Shown: piece by piece, positions 38,973 to 49,469 of the stretch
Position numbering within the stretch: position 1 is the stretch's first letter
How the letters are laid out: each line of letters begins with the position of its first letter
Notes under the pieces: model-generated
The model's input: the letters and a program-made list of their open reading frames with translations, nothing else
Database searches by the model: none
What the model was told of the DNA's origin: nothing
Source: Barthelona sp. PCE
Lineage: Eukaryota
DNA: 64,000 nucleotides
NCBI GenBank assembly: GCA_040285745.1
Contig: JAUFOR010000004.1
Location: 310,001-374,000, forward strand
Reading direction: 5' to 3'
Translations under genes and position numbers: made by a program

Positions 38973-41900
38973 CTATTTACTTACCAATTCTGTAATATTA
39001 CCGAAGCATCCGCGTGGCACCTTAGCCCCATGTGCAAGCTGGACTGGCTGACTAACATGACAAATTTCTCCAGACACTGGGTTAATCGCTAATGAAGTAT
39101 GAGCTAAGATCGAACCTTCAACACGCATCTGTGGCACAGTCAGTTCCAGTTCACAGTTGGCGCACTGTGTCTCTGCCAGGCTGAATCCGTCAATAAGCAA
39201 TCCGCTGTTTCTTAAACGCCTTACATTCCCCTCTTTTGCTTTAATATTGTTGTTAAACATAATTAGAGTGTCGCTAAACATCGAATGCATGCTTCCTGTC
39301 TCAAGAAGCATGTTGGCCAGTAGTAAAGGCAATTCAGGAAACGAGACTTCATTGGGAACCATCGATAAGAATATGGCAAACTGGTCATGTATGGCAAATC
39401 TTGGCAACATCTTCAGTACAGCGGCAATGTATGAGTGATCGCCCTGCTCCTTGTACTTGGCAAGAGTGAACTGATATAAGCTCTTATATAGGTTACCTAG
39501 ATGGTTTTTGTGAATGAAAAAGATGGCGTTGGAGATGATACACTCCACTGGATCTCCGTATATATTCTTGTCCAACTGTTTGTTTTCAAACGTAAAAGAA
39601 CGAAGGATTAGATTTAAACCTTCTTTAAAGCGGCCGCAAAAAATATAGACCCTCAAAAGAGCATTCAAATAGACTGTTATCCTCTCCTCGTCACCACTGC
39701 ACCTGTCTATCATTTCCAATAGCGGAGATTCGAGCAGCACTTGGTCGAAGTCACAGACGTTGTTAAGGAACTCGGTTATGAATGGCGCATCGTACTTGAT
39801 TATCAAACTAACAAGCAAGAAGTTCAACGGTGCGTATTGGATTGGATCCGAAGCGAAGAGCTCCCTTGTTATTCTAAAAAAGAACTTCTCCAGTAAGGGG
39901 TTGAAATTATAGTCCTCTACTGGTACTATTCTCTTCAAATTGGATTGCCTATCGTCGTGAACCATGGAATCGACGAGCAAACGACGCAAACTAACTGTTT
40001 TTCTATCCAACTGCAGCTCCATTGACAATTCCTCAATGCGTGTCACCGCATCTTTGGCAGGTGTGATCAACCCCCTCACCAGCTCCACGGCGTTGAACAT
40101 TTCAATGTGCTTTATCACCTTATTAACAGTCTCATCAATATCAATTGTGAGCAGCGTGTATAAGTGGTAATGGCTCCTTGTGATAATTGATGCGATACCC
40201 TCGTGGATTTCACCGTTGGGTGTGACCATCACTTCAAACACATCCTCGTGTTTCAACTCCACAGCTTGGTGGAAAGCCTTGGGAAGATCATCTGTAAAAC
40301 GCCAAAACTTCCACAATATCTGTGTGTATAAAAGGGAAACACGCTCATCGTGGTGGAGAACGTTCTGCAGCCTGGCCTTCTTGTGTTCCAGGCATGTTGC
40401 GAGGACAGAGACATCGAACAACTCCTCCTTCAAAATCTTGAGCATGACCTTGTGCAACAGCTCTGCATTCTCAAGTGTGTCCTCCCTGTCAATGAGGGAT
40501 CTAATCATATCTGTACGCTGATCCTTGTTTAAAACCAAAAATAGCTGCTGTCTGAGGAAACTATCATTCTCACATATCTCATCAGACTGGAAGACACAAT
40601 CAATGTTTCCATCAGTCTTGATACGCTCGATCCAACTCGCACACCCTGCCTTCATCTCCAAGCTGTAGAAGTCTATGTCGATCGACTTAAAGAACTGCAT
40701 GAATTTTGAATAAAACTCCTCAATGGGTAGTTGGGTGTATATGTAATTCAAGAATGGGCTACAGTGGGAGACGAAGTACTTTGTAATCGAAACCTGCTCT
40801 GTGTTCAGAGAGAAGTTCCAGAGCTCGCATGCCACATTGATAGAGGCATGTGCGACGTCAAGGAAGCAGTCAACCACCTCGCCCACGATCTTGCGGATAC
40901 GTTGATCTTGCGAGTTATCGTTGTAAACATCAATAGTTTTTCTCAGAAAATCCTTGAGAGATGCCAATAATAGCTGGCTGTACGCCACACAGCGGGTGTC
41001 GTCGAGGTGGTGCATGACCGCCACGTTATCACAGGAGGCCAATATTTTTCCAATGGCTGCACTGCGCTCCAACATCGATGACTTTTGAAGACCTTGTAAA
41101 ACGAGCACCGAACGATCCACAACCATTTTAATTAGCTTAATGTGGTTCTCCAGTCTGATCTCCGGGTACTTATGACGCGCAACGGAGACAAACACCATGG
41201 AGTCAATGGGATCCAGTTTTTTTATATGAGACTCAACCTGGTCTGGCAAGCTGAATGAATTCCAGAAGACTATGCGCCTCGGGCCGGTAACAAACAACAC
41301 ATCTTGTAGACCGTCAACCGCCCTGAAACATCCTCTGGCTTCCTCCGGAAAAGAAATGTCTTGTGTAGAGGTGAGCGTGTTCTTATTGACCAGCATAAGT
41401 TGTATTATGAACCCATCCTCGCCGTGCGTTCTCAGATCGATCGATCCGTCGTCTTGACGTCGGGAAATGAGCCTCTCTGCCAAGACACATTTTTCATCTT
41501 TGATGGTTTCGTCCAACGCCTTATCATCAACTCCATGACTCTTCTGCTCGATATGGTGGAGCAATTCAGCCGATGTGACATAGAGAATAAGTAGGGCGTC
41601 ATCCCTAATCCCCTTGATCTGGCCGTTCCATATACCCATGCAAATACCCGGGACATGCACATAATTAACCTTAAGCTCAGACTCGACTGTGCTGTAAGGG
41701 TTGAGGATGAAAACTCCACTACCATGACTTAGATAATACTTCCCTTCGCTTTCAAGAGCAACACTCTTAAAAACTCTATACTCCAAATTTGTTTTCGTTT
41801 TCAAACGTTGCTCTCTCCTCTCCTTCTGCTCGTTGATGAAAAAGATCTTTAGATCACTAACAAAAATTGTAAAGCGATCAAAAAAATGTATCTGACGAAC

Positions 41901-42386
41901 TGTATCTGTTTCGACCATTCTGATGAGTTCCTTCTTATTTCTGAAGAAGCCCTTCGTCACGCGGATCAGAGTCCCGTTGCCAAAGACAAGGAATTTGTAG
42001 TCTTTCTTCTCAAAAGATAAGAATATCAATTTCTCAATTTTTGACACCTCTTGAAAGACAAATGTGTCAACAAGACGTGATCCCTCGTCGCAGTATAGCA
42101 TAACGCGCCCGGAAGCATCTCCAACAAGTAAGAAATCGAATCGAGGATGCAATGACATACAGGTAATGTCATGTTGAGTTTCCAGCTGAATCTCTCTACC
42201 CCAATCGCCGTCCTCTTCGTGTGAAAAGTGGTTAAAGCACACTATAACACCGTTTGAAGAACCGTAAAAGCCCAATTTTTCGTTGCATGTAAATGAAAGG
42301 ATTGGTAGAACTCTCGGACTGCTAACACCGCAAGATAGGCGGTCTATCAGCTGAATGTCCAAAGGTTTGTGCTCTGAGCGGCTCAT
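38973..42386 (-). CDS. VPS41: HOPS subunit VPS41-like (beta-propeller + alpha-solenoid + degenerate RING)
   Basis: N-terminal WD-like GFYGSSNGVIVCF and LLVGDASGRVML; FLVFGNGTLIRVTKGFF; helical solenoid; C-terminal FPELPLLLANML...CANC. VPS8 is not excluded. Confidence 0.62.
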   Translation of the reverse strand: MSRSEHKPLDIQLIDRLSCGVSSPRVLPILSFTCNEKLGFYGSSNGVIVCFNHFSHEEDGDWGREIQLETQHDITCMSLHPRFDFLLVGDASGRVMLYCDEGSRLVDTFVFQEVSKIEKLIFLSFEKKDYKFLVFGNGTLIRVTKGFFRNKKELIRMVETDTVRQIHFFDRFTIFVSDLKIFFINEQKERREQRLKTKTNLEYRVFKSVALESEGKYYLSHGSGVFILNPYSTVESELKVNYVHVPGICMGIWNGQIKGIRDDALLILYVTSAELLHHIEQKSHGVDDKALDETIKDEKCVLAERLISRRQDDGSIDLRTHGEDGFIIQLMLVNKNTLTSTQDISFPEEARGCFRAVDGLQDVLFVTGPRRIVFWNSFSLPDQVESHIKKLDPIDSMVFVSVARHKYPEIRLENHIKLIKMVVDRSVLVLQGLQKSSMLERSAAIGKILASCDNVAVMHHLDDTRCVAYSQLLLASLKDFLRKTIDVYNDNSQDQRIRKIVGEVVDCFLDVAHASINVACELWNFSLNTEQVSITKYFVSHCSPFLNYIYTQLPIEEFYSKFMQFFKSIDIDFYSLEMKAGCASWIERIKTDGNIDCVFQSDEICENDSFLRQQLFLVLNKDQRTDMIRSLIDREDTLENAELLHKVMLKILKEELFDVSVLATCLEHKKARLQNVLHHDERVSLLYTQILWKFWRFTDDLPKAFHQAVELKHEDVFEVMVTPNGEIHEGIASIITRSHYHLYTLLTIDIDETVNKVIKHIEMFNAVELVRGLITPAKDAVTRIEELSMELQLDRKTVSLRRLLVDSMVHDDRQSNLKRIVPVEDYNFNPLLEKFFFRITRELFASDPIQYAPLNFLLVSLIIKYDAPFITEFLNNVCDFDQVLLESPLLEMIDRCSGDEERITVYLNALLRVYIFCGRFKEGLNLILRSFTFENKQLDKNIYGDPVECIISNAIFFIHKNHLGNLYKSLYQFTLAKYKEQGDHSYIAAVLKMLPRFAIHDQFAIFLSMVPNEVSFPELPLLLANMLLETGSMHSMFSDTLIMFNNNIKAKEGNVRRLRNSGLLIDGFSLAETQCANCELELTVPQMRVEGSILAHTSLAINPVSGEICHVSQPVQLAHGAKVPRGCFGNITELVSK

Positions 42387-42562
42387 AAGCCAAAAAAGAA
42401 GAATAAACAATAAACAGCCCTATACTCCTTGTTAAACGTATCAAACACGACGATATCGATCGAACAGATCATGAGATTAATTTATTGGACGGTAATATAA
42501 GAACCCAAAGAAATAAAAAACCAAACAGGCTAGTTTATCAAAGACTTTACATGTAACACCAA

Positions 42563-43547
42563 TTATTCCTCGGGATCGTTGTACTCTGCGTCGTTCATCC
42601 AAAGAGTCAGATTGTCACGCAATAACTCCATAATGAGGGTGGAATCCTTCACGGAAGCATCAGGAAGACTCTCGTAATCAGTAATGGCCTCGTCAAAGGC
42701 ACGCTTAGCAAGATCTCTAGCGCGATCAGGCAACTTCAAGATCTCATAGTAGAAGACAGAGAAGTTAAGAGCAAGACCCAAACGAATAGGGTTGGTAGGG
42801 GCTAATTCACCATCTGCAATCTCGGTGGCGCTCTCGTAGGCCTTAAGTGACTCTTGAGCAAAAGTGCTCTCGGCTTCCTTATCACAAAACTCAGCAAGAT
42901 AACGGTAGTAATCACCCTTCATCTTAAGGAAGAAAACCTTGGACTCTTGAGAAGAAGCGGCGGGAATCAAGTTCATGTCAATGACATCAAGAAGCTCCTT
43001 ACAAATATCTGCGAGTTCACCCTCAATCTTTCTCTTGTACTCAGAGAGCATCTCGACGCGGTGGCTGTTGCCCTTCTTAAGTTCACGCTGCTCGCTCTAA
43101 ATGTTAGATATCCTAAATAAAAACAAAGAATCAAAAGCTTCTTCGATTCTTTTGGTGTGTAAGTCATACCATGCTAATATATCTGCATGAAGCTCTTCTA
43201 GCAGTGATCTTGTTCTTCCAAGCGACTAAATGTAAGAGAAACCATAAAAAATACGCCCGTTACGTATAACGGAAATAACATACCAGAGAGGAGATTGCGC
43301 TCATCAACGCTCAGTTCAACACCCAACTTGGAGATCTCAGTCATATACTGAACCATTTCTTCTAAAAGTCAGTTGCTAAAAATGATATAGGTTTCTTTTA
43401 ACCTTAAACATGGTTAATTGATGCTAAAAGCATCAGCCACGCTGAAAAAAATATTAAAAGAAACCTTCAAAAGAAGATACCGTATCTCTCAGAGTTCTCA
43501 GAGACCTTGGCAAGGTAAACCAAATCTTCACGAGTGTAGTCCTTCAT
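42563..43547 (-). CDS. 14-3-3 protein; exons 43481-43547, 43284-43361, 43170-43225 and 42563-43096
   Basis: Spliced [26 protein letters not shown]...[19 protein letters not shown]...[12 protein letters not shown]...[17 protein letters not shown]...[16 protein letters not shown]. Confidence 0.95.
43097..43169 (-). other. 14-3-3 intron 3, 73 nt, phase 0
   Basis: GTATGA...TCTAACATTTAG. Confidence 0.9.
43226..43283 (-). other. 14-3-3 intron 2, 58 nt, phase 1
   Basis: GTATGT...TCTTACATTTAG; restores RNLLSVAWKN. Confidence 0.9.
43362..43480 (-). other. 14-3-3 intron 1, 119 nt, phase 1
   Basis: GTATCT...ACTGACTTTTAG; restores ERYEEM. Confidence 0.9.
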
Positions 43548-43920
43548 TAATGTGTATAAGAAGTATGAAAAGGAATAAAAAGGGTATGCAACACAATTGT
43601 CTGGATCTTTTCGTACAACGTTTCCATATGCGTCCAATCTGGTGTGTAGTGGGAGATCCACCAAATTATCCTGTATCCCGATCCTTTACAGCTGTTGGCA
43701 TACAATATAACACTTTTATTACTATGTTCAGCTGACGATCCTTATAAGTCCTTCATGTCTTTTTTAAAGCAGTTAAACTTGAAGTTGGACATGCCCAGCA
43801 ACGCGATTTGCTGAATTCTATATTTGGTGTGAGATAAATTTCATCTTCATTGCTTCGCTTTTTGTTCCTCCCAGTAAATGAGAAATGAGAATCACCATAA
43901 ACCCCCACAATTCAGTATCT

Positions 43921-46806
43921 TTACTGTAATTTAACTCGTAATGCCATCAGTTCTGTTTTAAACGTTGGAATAGCATTTACGAGTTTCTTTTGACTCAATA
44001 GAAGCTCAATTACGTCCTTTACGGCGTCTTCTTCGATCGTGCGCAGGTGCACAACAGTAGAAAACCATAGATCGGGTACTCCCATCATAATACCTGCCAT
44101 TGCCTTCAACAGTGGTGTATTCTCATGGTGTTCAATAAGGCTCTTCACAAGCACGCCGCTAACTGCGTCCATTTCAAGCAATGAGCAAATTTTAACACTG
44201 AAAGAAGGAAGCTGACTGGTTAAAATTGCCTTCAAATTCTTTAATTCTATCTTTTCTACGACAGACATAAATAGATCAAACCACACCTGTGCCTGGTCCT
44301 TATCGTTGATATCTGAATTAGATACGAACCTATGAATGAACAAAATGAGAAAATACTCCAGTAATTTGTCGTTTTCTCCAAACCTTTCGAAAACATCCTT
44401 ATAAAAATCGATATCGAAGTTGAAGATCCTCACCTCCATCCTGCAAAGATCAATCGAGAGCTCAAGTAAATCCTCTAGCAACTCAGTGTTCTCTGTATCA
44501 TGCACCATGAACTCATGCACCTTCATGTTAACGTCCCAGACGTACTCTTCCATCGTATCGAATGTCTCTTTATCGCCTTTATCACCATGACAAAGTAAAT
44601 AAAAAACTAAAAATTTCATAACAATATAAATGCCTGTAGATTCCCCCTTTTCAATGTTCTCCTCAAATTTCTCGAACAGGTCCTCGATACAGTTCGTTAT
44701 CTCACTACTCTTGAAAAATAAAGTCTTGATATCATCATCGTAAGCAAGGATTAAATCGAAAGAATCTATGGCAGAATTCCAGTCATTCTTCATGATCTCC
44801 TGGAGGTGTTCTGTTAAGATATCAAAGCGCTGCGAACGCAACAAGAAGTCGTAACATCTGTAATCAACCTCGAGCTCAGCAATGAACTCCTTTTGGTATG
44901 AATCTGGCATTCTTTCCAATAAAATTAGAGATGCTGAGTCCAATTCCACATTATCTAGTTCAAAAACCCATTCTTGGAGGACACCAAACGTTTCTTCATT
45001 CAAAAACTGAGATGTGCTTTCATCTCTGCCCAGATTCTCCATCATTGCTGCGCACAAAATAATGAGAGAAATTCCCTGCGAAACGTACCTCTCCTTGTCC
45101 TCTTTTCTCTTTTGCTTACTTTTCTCAAATCTATGAAGCGCAAATTCAAAGACAAGCCTGGAAAACATAAGCGATCTTTTGTGGGTTTCGATGAGAGGAA
45201 TCATCCTAAATAATTCGGCAGTACCAACCACGGAGCGAGAACACATTGTCATGATTCGCTGCAAAAGCTTCTCCGGCGTACTATCCTTCGACAACGTCGT
45301 TTCAATAATGATTGCCGCAATCTTCTTCTTCAGCTTCTCATCGGACTCAACCAAAAGCAAAAACATAAGCTCCTCGAGTTGTAAGAACTCTAAAAGACCA
45401 ATATTGCGCAAATGGGCAATTGCAACAACAACCTTGAGCGCACTGCGACGGACTTTGGCTGACTTATCATACAGAAGGCGTAAGAGCTTTCCGAGATGCT
45501 CCCTCACAAACGGGTGCGTGAACTCATTTTCCAGCACCGCACACGTTCCCTCAAGAACTGCACAACGGACATCAGGAGACTTTGCGTCAAATGCAAGATT
45601 CGACAACAAAATGTCCAGAAAAGCACGGCATGTCGCCTCGTTAAGTCGGTTTGGAAGCCAGAACTCTCGGAGAATAACGCAAATGCCCTTCACTGCCAGA
45701 GCACGAACAACGTCGCTCTCATCATCTAGCATGTTCGAGTATGTCTGGAGTATCTCTTGTTGCTTGCTCTTCTGCTGCTTCTTGTTCAGATCCGGAGATA
45801 TCGGCAGCAGGAACATGACCAAAAGACGGGCGGCGTTCGCTCTCACGAAATTGTTTGCACACATCAAATATCGGAACATGAGCACCTCTGTCAAACGCAG
45901 AACAACTGTCTCCACATCCTTCTTTCGTCTCTTATCCCACCAATGGAAAATAAACGCACGACAGTTCTCAGTGATCTTCTTGTTCTCGCATAGCATACTG
46001 TACTTCACAATTTGACCGAATATGTTCTCAACTTGTTTACGGATGACAAAGCTGCTCTCAGTGTTAGAATATGCGCTTAGGCACACCTTGCTGTAGAAAT
46101 TAACGGTATTTACCGAACAAAAACGAAACTCTCGAACGACTGCTATTTCTAAAAACTCACTCAACTTTCCCTCCATTGCCAAAAGAATATATACATAAAG
46201 GGTCACGTTTGCGTCGGTTAACAGCGACTTCTTAAGAAATAACTTCTTTAAAATATCAACCATTGGGTCTTCAGAAGATTCAGTGAATGAGAAATTAACC
46301 TGATTCAAATATTTGGCAAGAAATTTAGCTTTCCTCACGTCCTTTGCTGCTGCAGCGCTCGTCATACTACTTATTTTTTCGAAATAAAAGTATAGAGGAA
46401 TGGTGCAATATGGTTTAAATGATTTCTCATCCGTCTTTAAATAATTATACAAAGCTTCACATATTATCTCTTGAGTGGTGGGTGAAATAGTTGTAAATAC
46501 TTCAGGAAGGATGCTACAAAATTCGTAAACTCCATTGGATATACGTAATGACTTATCCTCACTAAGACTCAACAGTAAATCACAAAAAACATAAAGCCAC
46601 TCCGCATCCACAAGCTCATCGCTTCCAGTACGGCGCATCAGACCAATACAAATGTTAAACATGAGGTCTATGTTAGGTAACGTCTTCATATCAATGTTCT
46701 TGCTTTTAAATTCCCTTGAAGCCCTTCTAATGTGATTTATGAGCTCGGGGATCCCGAAGCTGTCGTTGAGCTCTCGAATATTCTTAACCTTAAACTTGCG
46801 CACCAT
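43921..46806 (-). CDS. NCAPG2: Condensin II HEAT subunit CAP-G2
   Basis: VETVVLRL...LMFRYLMCANNFVRANAA, MLDDESDVVRALAVKGIC...FW, LAFDAKSPDVRCAV and LLYDKSAKVR motifs. Confidence 0.85.
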   Translation of the reverse strand: MVRKFKVKNIRELNDSFGIPELINHIRRASREFKSKNIDMKTLPNIDLMFNICIGLMRRTGSDELVDAEWLYVFCDLLLSLSEDKSLRISNGVYEFCSILPEVFTTISPTTQEIICEALYNYLKTDEKSFKPYCTIPLYFYFEKISSMTSAAAAKDVRKAKFLAKYLNQVNFSFTESSEDPMVDILKKLFLKKSLLTDANVTLYVYILLAMEGKLSEFLEIAVVREFRFCSVNTVNFYSKVCLSAYSNTESSFVIRKQVENIFGQIVKYSMLCENKKITENCRAFIFHWWDKRRKKDVETVVLRLTEVLMFRYLMCANNFVRANAARLLVMFLLPISPDLNKKQQKSKQQEILQTYSNMLDDESDVVRALAVKGICVILREFWLPNRLNEATCRAFLDILLSNLAFDAKSPDVRCAVLEGTCAVLENEFTHPFVREHLGKLLRLLYDKSAKVRRSALKVVVAIAHLRNIGLLEFLQLEELMFLLLVESDEKLKKKIAAIIIETTLSKDSTPEKLLQRIMTMCSRSVVGTAELFRMIPLIETHKRSLMFSRLVFEFALHRFEKSKQKRKEDKERYVSQGISLIILCAAMMENLGRDESTSQFLNEETFGVLQEWVFELDNVELDSASLILLERMPDSYQKEFIAELEVDYRCYDFLLRSQRFDILTEHLQEIMKNDWNSAIDSFDLILAYDDDIKTLFFKSSEITNCIEDLFEKFEENIEKGESTGIYIVMKFLVFYLLCHGDKGDKETFDTMEEYVWDVNMKVHEFMVHDTENTELLEDLLELSIDLCRMEVRIFNFDIDFYKDVFERFGENDKLLEYFLILFIHRFVSNSDINDKDQAQVWFDLFMSVVEKIELKNLKAILTSQLPSFSVKICSLLEMDAVSGVLVKSLIEHHENTPLLKAMAGIMMGVPDLWFSTVVHLRTIEEDAVKDVIELLLSQKKLVNAIPTFKTELMALRVKLQ

Positions 46807-46945
46807 TGCGTTTCTATATGAAATGGGTTAATAATCGATAAACATTTTTCTACAGGCTAGAACGGGCTGATGTGCTATATGAGATGCTGGCTGTATCAAA
46901 CAAAAAGGTATGGGCCATGCAAATTACTTCTTCACTTATTTCGTA

Positions 46946-49174
46946 ATGAGAGTTCTTTTGTTCGTACTTGTACTCACAACCGCCTGCCTAGTACAGGGCA
47001 GTATCCTTTCGCTGGATATTGGAGATTCTACAGTGCGTTCAGCAGTTTTAAAAAGGGGTTCAGCACCTACAATATTGCTTACCAAATCAGGCAAGCGCGA
47101 CTTCCTTCCATTCATCGGTATAAAGGACAGGAAGAGACACTTTGGGCGTGAAGCGCTTGGACTCATAAACAAGGGTTTTACTGTACTTCCTGTTCAATTT
47201 GATCTACTTGATCCTTGGTTACGCAAGACGTACACCCCTGTTCTCGACCGTATGGGACTTGGTGTTCGCTCTAGAACGTTTGAAAACGATGAATACGGTT
47301 ATGAAACCGAAGATGGATACTTTACGGTGGAGTCTCTGTGCTTGCAGTTCATTGACTTCATCATCACTACCGCTGAGAAGCAAGAAGTGGTCGATGTCAT
47401 TGTCGTGAGCACGCCCAAGTTTTATTCAAATGAAACGCTTGCACGAATTTCTGGTTTGTTTCATTCTCTTGACAAACAGGTTGTGTTCATCGACAGGGTC
47501 TCGGCTGCAGGTCTATCATACCTCACCGCCGGCACTAAAGCCAACAACGAGAGTTTAATCATTTTTGATATCTCGAACGGCTTTTTCGAACTTAACTCGA
47601 TCGATATCATCGTTCCCAAGCGCGACCCCAAGGCCAAGGTGTTCTCTCCTGCCCTCGGCGAGCTGAAATCACGTACGCTCATCTCTCACCCTTTGGGAGC
47701 CGCTGATGCCCTTCTTAAACCAATTAGACTACATGTTTGCGACGATTTACAGGGGTACGGCGCGTGCCACTCCGAGATCGGCGCCAGGCAGCTGGCATAC
47801 ACAATCTGGAAGGCAGTCGACAGGCTGAACGCCATCACTCCATTGAAATCCAGCTTTGTTTTTCAGAATGAAATGATTGACATATCCCTGGATAGAGGTG
47901 CTGCCCTCCGCACCGAGGAAGGGAAGGCGTTTGGTATCATGCTGGAGAACATCATCGAATATTATAAGGAAGAAATCGAAACACACGATATCACTTTCCC
48001 CATAGGACCAGGAACACGAGTCCCAGAAATCAGGCAGTTGCTGGAGGAGAGTATGGTGTTGCGTAGTGGCATCAACGCTGAGGAATCGGTTGCTCTCGGT
48101 GCTCTTTATTATGGAGCACAGTTTAACAGTAGATATCGCACGAGGAAGTTCACACTGGATTCTAATTATGTAACGGAGATTCACGAGACCCTAGCGGAGA
48201 TGCTGAACGGGACAAAATACCGCCCTTCAGAGAAAAGCGTTAACGATACTCTCTTGCTACGGAATATTGATGAGGTATTTGAGCAACTCAATGATGGTCT
48301 CAACGAAATTGAGACTATTTATTATGATATTGACGAGTTTATCAGCGCACGCAGCCTCCCCTCTCACCAACTAAGCGGAGTCCGCAAGAACATCAAAATT
48401 TTCAACAAAAAGTTTGGTTTTGGAAAGTTGGAGGCTGATATGATTGCTTGGTTCAATTTGGAGGCTGAGTTCGCAGAGCTAAAGGAGCAGAGCACTGTTC
48501 TTGAAATGTACGTTATGGATTCTAGCTTTAAACTTACACGAAAGGAAAAGGAATTAGAGTTGGAAGAGTTACTAACAGCCCTCCAATCAAAACATCAGTT
48601 TGTGGAGGAAACAACGAAAAACACCACACTCACGTATAAAGCAATCAAAAGAACGCTTAACAGTGAACTGAATCGGTTCAACCTAATTTTGAAATTTGAA
48701 ACACTCCTTAACAAAACACAAAGAATCATCACGCGTAGTGAGACCAATGTTGTCAGCGGCATCGCAATGTACAACGTTACAGAAAAGCAGGCAAAAGTTG
48801 TTCAGGATAAGCTCGATGCTGTCAATAACATGTGGAACGATTCTATGGCGTTTGTCAACGAGACCGTTGCTAGCGAAGATTCCTTTTACAATGTCAGCAG
48901 CGGCACGATTCAGCGTCGTTTCAGAGAACTCAAGGATTCTGTTAAACATATGAATACAGAAATTAAGAAGCGAGTTACGGAATGGCAGAGTTCATTCTTT
49001 AAAAAGCAGGAGAAGGCCAAGAAGCGCGCTGAAAAGAAGAAATCTAAACAAAAGAAGAAAAAGGATAAGAAGAAGAAGAATAATAAGGGAGGTGAAAATG
49101 ATATTCCTGAATCTTCAACTAATTCAACAACTGAAACAGAATCAGAGGCTCCATCTGACGTAGAAACTGAGTAA
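46946..49174 (+). CDS. Secretory HSP70-superfamily protein, GRP170/HYOU1/Lhs1-like (divergent)
   Basis: Signal peptide MRVLLFVLVLTTACLVQG, then ILSLDIG, SGKR...RHFGREA, IGPGTRVPEI, INAEESVALGA and a helical C-terminal region. Confidence 0.75.
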   Translation: MRVLLFVLVLTTACLVQGSILSLDIGDSTVRSAVLKRGSAPTILLTKSGKRDFLPFIGIKDRKRHFGREALGLINKGFTVLPVQFDLLDPWLRKTYTPVLDRMGLGVRSRTFENDEYGYETEDGYFTVESLCLQFIDFIITTAEKQEVVDVIVVSTPKFYSNETLARISGLFHSLDKQVVFIDRVSAAGLSYLTAGTKANNESLIIFDISNGFFELNSIDIIVPKRDPKAKVFSPALGELKSRTLISHPLGAADALLKPIRLHVCDDLQGYGACHSEIGARQLAYTIWKAVDRLNAITPLKSSFVFQNEMIDISLDRGAALRTEEGKAFGIMLENIIEYYKEEIETHDITFPIGPGTRVPEIRQLLEESMVLRSGINAEESVALGALYYGAQFNSRYRTRKFTLDSNYVTEIHETLAEMLNGTKYRPSEKSVNDTLLLRNIDEVFEQLNDGLNEIETIYYDIDEFISARSLPSHQLSGVRKNIKIFNKKFGFGKLEADMIAWFNLEAEFAELKEQSTVLEMYVMDSSFKLTRKEKELELEELLTALQSKHQFVEETTKNTTLTYKAIKRTLNSELNRFNLILKFETLLNKTQRIITRSETNVVSGIAMYNVTEKQAKVVQDKLDAVNNMWNDSMAFVNETVASEDSFYNVSSGTIQRRFRELKDSVKHMNTEIKKRVTEWQSSFFKKQEKAKKRAEKKKSKQKKKKDKKKKNNKGGENDIPESSTNSTTETESEAPSDVETE

Positions 49175-49469
49175 ATAGTGCACATATCTTGCTTTTTTGG
49201 CTTTTGAGCAAACCTTTTGATTCATACTTTCATTTGTAAAACTGGACCTGGAAATAGAAATACCGTGGTGATTCCAAGCTCTAGAGCAGTGTAGCTTTCC
49301 TAAATGAAAGAGTAAGATTGTGATTCTTCTGTAGTAAATGTTTGACCTACCTGCTTTTACATTCAAAGAACGTGTTTACTTTTTAGAACCACTGAGTTTG
49401 AGATAGCTAACCTGAATAGATATTGAAATACATGCTTTTCTTTTTAGAACCTTTAGAACAACTTATTCA

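Noticed and set aside
43474-43480. GTATCTT 5' splice site of 14-3-3 intron 1 as a U12-type intron
   Set aside because: It is not GTATCCTT, has no CCTTAAC branch, and its 3' end matches the same fused major-type consensus as the other introns.
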